Source of the DNA: a virus
Taxonomy: Duplodnaviria > Caudoviricetes
IMG/VR virus record: IMGVR_UViG_3300025103_000121
Location: 1-27,814 of that record
Direction: 5' to 3' (one strand)
DNA length: 27,814 nucleotides
In this document: in pieces, positions 1-8,231 of the stretch
Layout: each line of letters begins with the position of its first letter
How positions within the stretch are numbered: the stretch's first letter is position 1
Made by a program: the position numbers and the translations under genes
The notes under the pieces: generated by a model
The model's input: only the letters and a program-made list of their open reading frames with translations
Told to the model about the DNA's origin: nothing
The model's database searches: none

Positions 1-648
1 AGAGTTGAAAGAAGTACTGGAGGTAATACTGCTATTCACTATAAAAATACAAGTGATGATTGGTATGCGGGTATAACTTCCCAGCAAGATTTTTCAATAT
101 CTCAAAACGCTGATATAGCATCTGGTTCTGAATTTAGGATTCAAGATTCAACAGGCAACGTCGGCATCGGGACATCGAGTCCAAGTCAAGAACTTCATGT
201 GGATGGCGTAGGACAATTCGATAGTGGAGTCAAACTTAATTCATCGGCAACAACACTTGATGATTATGAAGAAGGTAGTTGGACTCCTACCATGAATTCA
301 TCATGGACACATAGTGGTACTTCCACAAATAATCGGTACACTAAAATCGGTAATGTGGTCACTTTATGGGGACACTTATCTAACGTGTCAAGCGGTACGT
401 CTTCAGGGAACATCACCATCACAAGCTTACCCTTTAGTGTGAGTCATTCAGCCGCAGGCGGCACAGCAATGCTTAACTATGTCAATTTTAATTCAAAAAC
501 AAGTAATGTGTCTCCATTCGTGAATACATCTGAAGAATTATATTTCTATGAGACTGCACCCGGTTATGCGTGGGCTAAAATGGGCAACGCAGACCTATCA
601 AGCGGTGATGACATCTACTTTCAAATCACTTACGAAACATCCGAATAA
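1..648 (+). CDS. Tail fibre / receptor-binding protein, C-terminal part (5' truncated by window)
   Basis: Frame is open from base 1, upstream of the GTG at 199. Contains the GNVGIGTSSPSQELHV fibre repeat and the LDDYEEGSWTP...YTKIGNVVTL C-terminal domain typical of phage tail fibres. Confidence 0.85.
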   Translation, partial: RVERSTGGNTAIHYKNTSDDWYAGITSQQDFSISQNADIASGSEFRIQDSTGNVGIGTSSPSQELHVDGVGQFDSGVKLNSSATTLDDYEEGSWTPTMNSSWTHSGTSTNNRYTKIGNVVTLWGHLSNVSSGTSSGNITITSLPFSVSHSAAGGTAMLNYVNFNSKTSNVSPFVNTSEELYFYETAPGYAWAKMGNADLSSGDDIYFQITYETSE

Positions 649-659
649 GGAAGGGCATT

Positions 660-938
660 ATGGCATTTAAAAAAGAAGTAACTAACGATAAATATGAGAT
701 AGTTACACCATTCAAACACATACAAATTCGAGAAGCTACCATCGTATCTGAAGGCACAGCAAGCAAGGGGTATACTGAGTTATCACGCTCATTCCACAGA
801 CGAACCCTGACTTCTGATATGGGCTTATCAGGCGAAAGTACAGAAATACAAGCACTAGCTGGTGTATTATGGACAGATGAAGTTAAGCAAGCATGGCTTG
901 ACCATGAAGCTGAAGAACCAAGTGGAGACGAGAATTGA
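660..938 (+). CDS. Tail fibre assembly/chaperone-like protein
   Basis: Directly follows the fibre gene; IQIREAT...ELSRSFHRRTL...LWTDEVKQAW pattern of small proteins that accompany LDDYEEG-type fibres; purine-rich SD (AAGGAAGG) upstream. Confidence 0.65.
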   Translation: MAFKKEVTNDKYEIVTPFKHIQIREATIVSEGTASKGYTELSRSFHRRTLTSDMGLSGESTEIQALAGVLWTDEVKQAWLDHEAEEPSGDEN

Positions 939-1261
939 AAATGGAAGGGTTTTTAGCTCTTTATTCGGAAGCGGGAATGATAGGTGTAGTCGGAGCTATG
1001 TTTATGTTTATGGTATATTCGATGAACAAACGAGGAAATGAGCAGGCGGATGCTATACAAAAATTACAGGTTGAGAACAAGGGTCAATCAGAAACGCTAG
1101 AGAATATGGAAGGTATGATAATAAAATTAATTGACAGATGGAATAAGTCTGACGAAACTAGAGATAGGCGTCACGAAAAGATGGTTGAAGAATTGAATGA
1201 TTTGAGCGATATTCTAATGGAAGTAAAAGGCAATTTAAGCCGAATTAATGGAAAGCACTAA
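935..1261 (+). CDS. Holin-like membrane protein (one N-terminal TM helix plus coiled coil)
   Basis: Hydrophobic segment AGMIGVVGAMFMFMVY followed by a charged coiled coil; lies upstream of the endolysin. Start is TTG 935 or ATG 941. Confidence 0.55.
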   Translation: MKMEGFLALYSEAGMIGVVGAMFMFMVYSMNKRGNEQADAIQKLQVENKGQSETLENMEGMIIKLIDRWNKSDETRDRRHEKMVEELNDLSDILMEVKGNLSRINGKH

Positions 1262-1290
1262 ATAAAGAGAAAATGGAGAGTTAGGTGATA

Positions 1291-1440
1291 ATGATGGATA
1301 GTCTTAAAGTTAGCGGAATCAGTACAAGTTTAGGTTTAGTATATTACACAGATTTAATCTCAGGGGTGTTAATGTGCATTATGTTTGCAATCAACATCTA
1401 CTACTTATTAATAAAAACAGAGAAAATGAAGGAGTCTTAA
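1291..1440 (+). CDS. Small membrane protein, putative holin (49 aa, absent from ORF track)
   Basis: Hand translation MMDSLKVSGISTSLGLVYYTDLISGVLMCIMFAINIYYLLIKTEKMKES; hydrophobic core and charged C-terminal tail; AGGTG upstream; stop codon abuts the next ATG at 1441. Confidence 0.7.
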   Translation: MMDSLKVSGISTSLGLVYYTDLISGVLMCIMFAINIYYLLIKTEKMKES

Positions 1441-1668
1441 ATGGACTTTAAGGAGATGTTAGTGGATATGGCAGAAGCCCAAGCTGACAAGATGAAAGAG
1501 GAAGTGATTGGGCATCTTGCAAGTGATGATATGGCTGATATGATAGCCACTAAAATAAACGAAAAGATTGACATACCTTTCGTATCAGAAGAGAAAGAAC
1601 AAATCTTTTTTGAAAAGTGTGTTGATATAGTAACTGATTTACTTGAAGGTATGTTTAAAGGGAAGTAG
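1441..1668 (+). CDS. Acidic hypothetical phage protein
   Basis: SD AAGGAG at 1429-1434; INEKIDIPFVSEEKE motif; packed without gaps between neighbours in the lysis block. Confidence 0.75.
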   Translation: MDFKEMLVDMAEAQADKMKEEVIGHLASDDMADMIATKINEKIDIPFVSEEKEQIFFEKCVDIVTDLLEGMFKGK

Positions 1669-2145
1669 TTGAACTTTCAAGAATCAATAAAGGTTATCCT
1701 TAAACACGAAGGAGGTTATGTAAATGACCCTGTTGACCCGGGTGGGGAGACAAATATGGGCATTTCTAAACGAGCATACCCTGACTTAGATATTAAGGGA
1801 TTAACAAAAGAAAAAGCTGAGGAAATATACTATAAAGATTACTGGCTTAAGAGCAAAGCACCACAGGTGCCTGATGAATTACGACTTATTTACTTCGATA
1901 TGGTAGTAAATATGGGTAAGAGTAGAGCAGTAAAGATACTCCAAACAGCAGTTAATGCTAAAGGAGTTAAGACGGATATTGATGGTGGTATAGGACCTCA
2001 AACAATTAATAACAGCCTGAAGTCTGGGTTAGAACCAGCAAGATTGCGTAGTTACAGAGTAAAGTATTACGCAGATTTAGTTAATCGCAGAACAAGTTTG
2101 GAGAGGTATTGGTACGGATGGTATCGAAGAGCAACGCAGGTCTAG
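1669..2145 (+). CDS. Endolysin, glycoside hydrolase family 108 with C-terminal peptidoglycan-binding domain
   Basis: HEGGYVNDPVDPGGETNMGIS is the GH108 signature; FDMVVNMG, DGGIGPQT and C-terminal GWYRR also match the family. TTG start. Confidence 0.92.
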   Translation: MNFQESIKVILKHEGGYVNDPVDPGGETNMGISKRAYPDLDIKGLTKEKAEEIYYKDYWLKSKAPQVPDELRLIYFDMVVNMGKSRAVKILQTAVNAKGVKTDIDGGIGPQTINNSLKSGLEPARLRSYRVKYYADLVNRRTSLERYWYGWYRRATQV

Positions 2146-2414
2146 AAATATTTGACGGCTTAGAGATTAGAGGGACAAAAAGGTGGAAAAAAGAACCACC
2201 TGATGTATGTCCTTATTGCTCTAAGGAGGATTGTATTTCTGGAGTCGAAGTTATAGCGGCTTATGACGGTGCTTTATTCTGGGAATGTGACGAATGTGGA
2301 GAGAAACTATTGCGATTTACTAAAGAAACAACTGCTAAATATTTAGCAAAGACTGATGGGCTGTATATAGATTTAGAGAGGATGAAGTATATATGCCAAG
2401 AGCCACCAAATTAG
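2109..2414 (+). CDS. Zinc-ribbon protein
   Basis: CPYC...WECDECG, two CxxC pairs. Exact start uncertain because of the overlap with the endolysin end. Confidence 0.7.
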   Translation: MVRMVSKSNAGLEIFDGLEIRGTKRWKKEPPDVCPYCSKEDCISGVEVIAAYDGALFWECDECGEKLLRFTKETTAKYLAKTDGLYIDLERMKYICQEPPN

Positions 2415-3187
2415 ATAAGGGAGTAGTTAAACGTGGAATCATTACACCAGACAAACATTTTCCATTGCACGATGCAAAGGCTATCGATGTGGTCTGCCAA
2501 GCGATTCGCATTATTAAGCCAGACTTTTACGTTGACCTCGGTGATAGCGGAGAATTTAGTTCGGTTTCCCATTGGCAGTGGAAAAAGAGGAAGCGTCCTC
2601 CGTTGGAGTATCAACTGCCGAGCGTATATGAGGACATCGGACACGTTAATGCGGGTATGGATATTCTGGACGAAGCTCTTGATAAGGTCAATGTTAAAGA
2701 AAAATACTTCTGTGAAGGAAATCACGAGCAATGGCTTAACAGTTTCTCTGAAGAAAATCCCTATTTACAGGGTCTTACAGTCAAGGACGCTCTCTTACTT
2801 AAACAACGTGGTTTCGAATACTTACCAAACGGGAAGTACCTTAAGTTAGGTCACCTATGGTTTTATCACGGAAATCATTTTGGAGGAATTGCACACGCAA
2901 GGAATCACTTATTAAGGCTAGGATGCAATATAATCTATGGACACCATCACGATTTGCAAATGCAATCAGTGACGCACATAGATGGACCAAAAAGTGCTTG
3001 GAGTATGGGATGTCTAAAGGATATGACAGATGAAGCTAATGGATGGCTTAATAATCGTAAGACTAACTGGGCACACGCTTTTGGTGTGGTTGACTTCTTT
3101 GCCGATGGAGATTTTACCGTGCACGTTGTCAATATTATTAATGGACGCACTTCATTATGGGGGAAGGAATTAAATGCCCAAGTCTAA
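2393..3187 (+). CDS. Calcineurin-like metallophosphoesterase
   Basis: All five motifs in order: PDKH (DxH), LGDSGE, GNHE, YHG, GHHH; SD GAGG upstream. Confidence 0.9.
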   Translation: MPRATKLDKGVVKRGIITPDKHFPLHDAKAIDVVCQAIRIIKPDFYVDLGDSGEFSSVSHWQWKKRKRPPLEYQLPSVYEDIGHVNAGMDILDEALDKVNVKEKYFCEGNHEQWLNSFSEENPYLQGLTVKDALLLKQRGFEYLPNGKYLKLGHLWFYHGNHFGGIAHARNHLLRLGCNIIYGHHHDLQMQSVTHIDGPKSAWSMGCLKDMTDEANGWLNNRKTNWAHAFGVVDFFADGDFTVHVVNIINGRTSLWGKELNAQV

Positions 3188-3434
3188 CTTCGAAATAAGA
3201 AACTTTAACGCTGGAATTATAGCTAAACCTGAAGATGAAAGAGATATACCTCAAGAAGCCGCATCTTATTCATTAAATATAGACCCTCAAGCAGAAGGTA
3301 ACTTACAAGGTATTCCAAGCGATAAGATTTTAAAGGATACTGGTTTCGAAGTATCTGTTAAATTAACTAGCTACACTCAAGGTGGGCTTACTCAACAAAC
3401 ACAGGGTCCAGAATTTGAACCACCTTCTGAATAG
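3174..3434 (+). CDS. N-terminal segment of tail nozzle/stabilisation protein, encoded as a separate ORF
   Basis: MPK...FNAGI...DERDIP...NID...GNL resembles the N-terminus of podovirus tail tubular B/stabilisation proteins; SD AAGGA upstream. Confidence 0.55.
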   Translation: MPKSNFEIRNFNAGIIAKPEDERDIPQEAASYSLNIDPQAEGNLQGIPSDKILKDTGFEVSVKLTSYTQGGLTQQTQGPEFEPPSE

Positions 3435-3436
3435 TT

Positions 3437-6400
3437 ATGGCTGTTTCTAATAAAAAATATGTACAATTATCTGGAGCCTTTACAGGTACATCTAGGATAA
3501 TATTTCAAATTAATATGTTAAGTGATGCTGGAACTTCTTGGAAGTGGAGAAAAAAACCATTAACCGCTGATGGAGCTTATACTGAATGGACAACAGTTAG
3601 CAGTTATAATTTAAATACATCTATATCATTATCTGATGGTATGAATATAAAATTTACAAGAACTAGTAAGTCAACTTATCATAATGGTGATAAATGGGTG
3701 TTCACTTGTTATCCCGATTTAAAATTAACTAGTGGTACTGATACAGGATATGACCATATAGATGTAATAGAAAGAGGTACAAAAAAAGATTTAGTTGCTT
3801 TAAATAGCAATAGTGGAGCAGTAACAGTTGTAGAGGATTATGAAAGTAACACTCCTGCTATAAGTGAAACTATGGGGTTATTGTCTCCTAATGTTGGTGG
3901 ATATGATATAGCTAGAAAGAATAAAGAATTATATGTTGCATGTGGAACAGATAATGACCCTAAGTGGATAGGTTATACAAAAAACGGAAATTGGGCTGGT
4001 GAGTTAGGTGATTATGCCTTTATAAATGAAAAAGCATATACAGAAGTTACAATGAGCTCTGTTGATAAAATGACATTTGATGACCACGTTCTTTTAGAAG
4101 GTGGAGCGGCTTCATTTAGTGCGGCTAAATTAGTTGTTGGAATAAATCACGGTTCTAATAAGTTGTATGTTCAAAACCTAACAGATAGTAAGATATATGT
4201 TTTTACCTTAGGTGGTAATGCACTTTGCATAAGAATTAATACAGCACAGTTTACTGGCACAGATTTAAGTAGTTATGAATGTAATGGCGTAGCAGTTCTG
4301 ACTCAAGCACAAGAAGAAGATGCGGCTAATGAACTTGAATTTTGGAGCATTCCTAATACTGGAAGTAATATAGGTCAATCTACAAATAGAGATAAAACAT
4401 TTTCTGTTCCAAGACCTATTACAGATAATGAATACATTACTGAATTTTCTGATTTCTTAATAGTATGCAGTAATTATGATTATTGGACTGGTACAAGAGA
4501 CCACCATCTAGTTTTTTCAGCAAAGGGCACCCTTGGTGAAATGCGGTGGAGTGGTACAAGCGAGACAAATGGTGGTTGTGTGTTTAAATATGATAATGGG
4601 GCAAAGGCTACAAGCTTAACTGAGTCAAACTATGTCAATATTACACCAATATATGGTGATTATTCTGTAGATGATAGTACTGGAGCTGGATTTGCTCATT
4701 TTTCATACGAGGATGATGGTGAAAATGATAGCCAAGAATATTTTACGGGGTCTGGTTTAGATGGACTTGTAGAACATAGAAGTATAGCATTAGTTCAGAA
4801 TTATAATCTTGCTTTCGCTGGTTATGATGGAGATGGAGCTAATCCACAAATAGCATTTACTTGTGAATTAAGACCACCAGAATATTATAGCAATAATTAT
4901 GTAAAAGGAATTGCTGGTTTATGGTATGATGGGGGTGGTTCTTCTGATATAGATAATGGTAATGCTTTTGTCTTAAGATGGGTTACATCAATTATTGGCT
5001 ATGGTAATAATGGTGCACAAAAAAATCCAATACTTGCTCATTCTATGGATTATGGAAATTCAGAAGACCAAAGAGAAGCGGCTTGGATTGCGATGTCCGA
5101 TAGGTTTGGTTTAACAGGTGTCCGCAGAATTTGCGAAGATAGTTTTTGGACTGGAACTGATAAGCAGGCAAGAGTTATAAAAGCGTTTGCACCAGCCACG
5201 CATCCTTATCATTGTGCAGGTAGCAATATTAACCAAGGTAAGAAATTACATTTCTATGGAGATAAAGATAATAATGGTTATAGAAGTGGTATAATAGCAA
5301 GTAGAATGGAAGATGAAGATTCTGTAAGAATCTTTGTAGTTCCTTATCAAGGTGGTAATTATACTTGGTCTAGTAATAGCTTATGGGTTTTTCCTAATAG
5401 CAATGAACAGCCATATACTGCTTTTAATACAAGTGCCTATACTAGAACTAAACCAGTTATGAAAGAAGTTAACTTACCATTAAGCGGTGATAGTGGCGAT
5501 GGTTATTTTAATATAGGCGATAGGGTATATTGGTGTGCTAATGCAAATAATCTACCAAGTACAAACGAAGACGAAGTATGGTCAGCTATGGTTCCAGTAG
5601 GTGGTGGTAATACAACCTATCACGGAAATTCTACAGAGGCTTTATATAAAGTACCTTGTGATGCAGATGATACAACTAGAGATATAGCAAATATACTTTC
5701 AGGTGGTACCGCTTGGTTAGAGACTAGCGCACTCGCAGAACACGGAGTAACAACTTGGACAGGTGCTACTGTTGAAAAAGTTTTTTATAAATTCTCTATT
5801 GTATATGACGGCTATCAAGAAAGTACATTATTAGACTTTACACCAACATTTAAAAAATCAGATGATAGTGAATTTGATAAGGCTGTAACTTTTGAAGTTA
5901 AGATTGGTCAGGGTGCAAATACACCCATAACACCAAGAGTGACTGCTATAGCTCTGTATAGAGCAGATGATAGTGAAGCTACTGCAAGTGACCCAGAGAA
6001 TTTATATAGGTTTGTAGAGGAGATTCCATTATATAAGTTTAGTAGTTCAAATGATTACTGGTCATATACTGTTGTAGACAATGGAGATGTTGAAGGTACA
6101 TATGGTGCTATAAATGGGATAGCAGAAACTATGCACTCTTTAGATATTAAGTATAGTTTAAATGCCACTTTAAATGGCTATATGTTTGTAGCAAATGCTA
6201 GTCACACTCAATTTGAAGACGCAGAAAATGTTATTTTTAGGTCTCAACCCGGTAAGTATTCTATCTTTGATTGGTCAAAAGATTTTCTACAAGTAGACTT
6301 TGTTCCTACTGCTATTGAAGGATATATGGGTAAGTTATATGTGTTTGGTGAAAGTCAAATGGCTATTATCAATCCAGAATCCCTTATTATTGAAGAAGAG

Positions 6401-7117
6401 ATAGCGGGCATAGGGTGTTTAAATAGAAAAGCCTTAAAGAAGACCTCTACTGGTTTATACTGGTTTGACGCATCAAATATATATCTTTCAAAACCTGCTA
6501 TAGAAAAAATAGGTTATAACATACTAGCTCAAGAAGACTATGGCTGGAATGCTGTATCTCTAGAGAATAAAAAGAATGCAGTTGCTGGATATGATATGAA
6601 TAGGCAAGCTTTCTTAGTCTTCTTTCAACACAATTCTACTAATAAGGTGTGGTCTTATTATTCAGCCGCTAGGAGATGGGACCTTTGGGAAACATCACAT
6701 CGAGTTTATGATACTACAATTTCTTCCGATGGTTATCCTATTTTATTAATGGATGAAGGAAGACTTTGTAAGTATACATCTGGACCGAATCATAGAGACT
6801 GGGAATGGAACTCTAAGAAATTAACATTCGGAACAGATACTAATTATAAAAAAGTAAGAGTTATTAAGATAGATGCAACATCTAGAGCTAGTACAGATAT
6901 AACCTATCAAACCAATGATGAAGGTTCTTATCAAGCTGGTACCGATGTTAGTAATAACTATGGAACAGGTTGGTTAGGTAATGCTAAAAAAATAAGTTCA
7001 GCTCATTCTAAATTAAGATGGTTGAGATTAAAAGCATCTGGAGATAATAATACAGATGGAAGTAACGTAAGAGGATACTCTTTAGGTGTTGTTTATAAAC
7101 CAAAGAAACCTAAGTAA
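3437..7117 (+). CDS. Large tail protein (nozzle/tubular B-like, beta-rich)
   Basis: 1226 aa, rich in G/S/T/N and aromatics; C-terminal third has the nozzle-like GKLYVFG, GIGC, GLYWFD, WEWNSKKLTFG and VVYKPKKPK pattern; precedes the ejection proteins. Confidence 0.7.
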   Translation: MAVSNKKYVQLSGAFTGTSRIIFQINMLSDAGTSWKWRKKPLTADGAYTEWTTVSSYNLNTSISLSDGMNIKFTRTSKSTYHNGDKWVFTCYPDLKLTSGTDTGYDHIDVIERGTKKDLVALNSNSGAVTVVEDYESNTPAISETMGLLSPNVGGYDIARKNKELYVACGTDNDPKWIGYTKNGNWAGELGDYAFINEKAYTEVTMSSVDKMTFDDHVLLEGGAASFSAAKLVVGINHGSNKLYVQNLTDSKIYVFTLGGNALCIRINTAQFTGTDLSSYECNGVAVLTQAQEEDAANELEFWSIPNTGSNIGQSTNRDKTFSVPRPITDNEYITEFSDFLIVCSNYDYWTGTRDHHLVFSAKGTLGEMRWSGTSETNGGCVFKYDNGAKATSLTESNYVNITPIYGDYSVDDSTGAGFAHFSYEDDGENDSQEYFTGSGLDGLVEHRSIALVQNYNLAFAGYDGDGANPQIAFTCELRPPEYYSNNYVKGIAGLWYDGGGSSDIDNGNAFVLRWVTSIIGYGNNGAQKNPILAHSMDYGNSEDQREAAWIAMSDRFGLTGVRRICEDSFWTGTDKQARVIKAFAPATHPYHCAGSNINQGKKLHFYGDKDNNGYRSGIIASRMEDEDSVRIFVVPYQGGNYTWSSNSLWVFPNSNEQPYTAFNTSAYTRTKPVMKEVNLPLSGDSGDGYFNIGDRVYWCANANNLPSTNEDEVWSAMVPVGGGNTTYHGNSTEALYKVPCDADDTTRDIANILSGGTAWLETSALAEHGVTTWTGATVEKVFYKFSIVYDGYQESTLLDFTPTFKKSDDSEFDKAVTFEVKIGQGANTPITPRVTAIALYRADDSEATASDPENLYRFVEEIPLYKFSSSNDYWSYTVVDNGDVEGTYGAINGIAETMHSLDIKYSLNATLNGYMFVANASHTQFEDAENVIFRSQPGKYSIFDWSKDFLQVDFVPTAIEGYMGKLYVFGESQMAIINPESLIIEEEIAGIGCLNRKALKKTSTGLYWFDASNIYLSKPAIEKIGYNILAQEDYGWNAVSLENKKNAVAGYDMNRQAFLVFFQHNSTNKVWSYYSAARRWDLWETSHRVYDTTISSDGYPILLMDEGRLCKYTSGPNHRDWEWNSKKLTFGTDTNYKKVRVIKIDATSRASTDITYQTNDEGSYQAGTDVSNNYGTGWLGNAKKISSAHSKLRWLRLKASGDNNTDGSNVRGYSLGVVYKPKKPK

Positions 7118-7404
7118 TGGCTAAGACGATAAAAAAGAATTTTAACAAGAAAGCGGCTAGGGCAGTAGGAAGACGCTTTAATTTATTTAGTGATGATGAT
7201 AGTACAAATGTTTCAGAGCTTCAAGATGTTATTGAGAAGTTGTCTGAAAAAGTTGATGAAAATAGAGGCTCCACATCTTCAGACAGAGGTCTTGAAGGCT
7301 CTATTAGAACTGTTAAGGCAAAAAACGAATGGTTTATTGAAATTAAATCAGAAGAAGGTTGGCTTAGAAGTAGTGCAGGTTCATTTGCATTGAAGGATAA
7401 GTAA
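7117..7404 (+). CDS. Small tail-associated protein
   Basis: Coupled to the nozzle gene by a TAATG overlap; short coiled coil followed by beta strands. Confidence 0.65.
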   Translation: MAKTIKKNFNKKAARAVGRRFNLFSDDDSTNVSELQDVIEKLSEKVDENRGSTSSDRGLEGSIRTVKAKNEWFIEIKSEEGWLRSSAGSFALKDK

Positions 7405-7407
7405 TAG

Positions 7408-7437
7408 TTGATAAAATGAACCATTAAAGAGTATATT
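7408..7437 (+). promoter_or_regulatory. Sigma70-type promoter candidate for the ejection-protein block
   Basis: TTGATA (7408-7413), 18-nt spacer, TATATT (7432-7437) in a 56-nt intergenic gap; SD AAGGTG before ATG 7461. Confidence 0.5.
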
Positions 7438-7460
7438 TAACAGAAGGAAAAGGTGAAATT

Positions 7461-8231
7461 ATGAGTAATTGGTTAAGTAGAAAATGGGACGAGATAACTG
7501 GTGCTAACCAAGAAGTCGATATAGGGACCGTTGAAAGCGAGTACGATACGGCATTTGGTACTTTTAACCCTGAAACGGGCAAAGGAACCGGTGCTATGGG
7601 TGCTTACAGTAATCTCCAGCAAACTGGCGAACAGATGATGGACGCTAATTCTCGGCTAAACCTTAATCGCAAATCACAAATGGAAGCAAGTGCGGCTGAC
7701 GCATCTGCTGAAGGTGCTAGACAAGCACAAAGATTAGCCGCTATGGGAGGCGGTGGAAATACAGCATCACTTACTGCTCAAACAATGGAGTCTGGTAATA
7801 AGGCTCAAGCAGGAGCTGTTGGTGCTTTTAATCAGTATTTAGCAGGAGCTATGGGTCAAGGTGCTGGATTGGTAAGTCAATCAGCTAATAATATGGCTCA
7901 AATGAACCAAACTAAAATGAACGCTATATCAAATCAAAGATTGGCTAATTCTAGACTACAAAGTCAAGCGACTGGTATGGGAGCTCAAATGTTAGGAAGT
8001 GTATTAGGGAATGTAGTTGCTCCGGGAATAGGTGGAAAGATAGGTAAGGGAATAGGGCAGTTATTTGCTCAAGAGGGTGATTACGTTGACCAAGTAGATT
8101 CATATATGCAAGATGGTGGTCCTGTTGAAAGTCCTTATGGTAATTCTGGAGGAATGCTATCTCAAGTTATGGGACCCGATGGCATACCGATGCAAGTACG
8201 GACCCGTATAGGAGGACAATACGTTGGCTAA
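7461..8231 (+). CDS. Internal virion / ejection protein (Gly-Ala-Gln-Met rich)
   Basis: Low-complexity helical composition with a glycine-zipper segment (GAQMLGSVLGNVVAPGIGGKIGKGIG); first gene after the tail block. Confidence 0.7.
   Translation: MSNWLSRKWDEITGANQEVDIGTVESEYDTAFGTFNPETGKGTGAMGAYSNLQQTGEQMMDANSRLNLNRKSQMEASAADASAEGARQAQRLAAMGGGGNTASLTAQTMESGNKAQAGAVGAFNQYLAGAMGQGAGLVSQSANNMAQMNQTKMNAISNQRLANSRLQSQATGMGAQMLGSVLGNVVAPGIGGKIGKGIGQLFAQEGDYVDQVDSYMQDGGPVESPYGNSGGMLSQVMGPDGIPMQVRTRIGGQYVG

Noticed and set aside
1-648. Diversity-generating retroelement acting on the tail fibre
   Set aside because: No reverse transcriptase and no template/variable repeat pair seen in the window.
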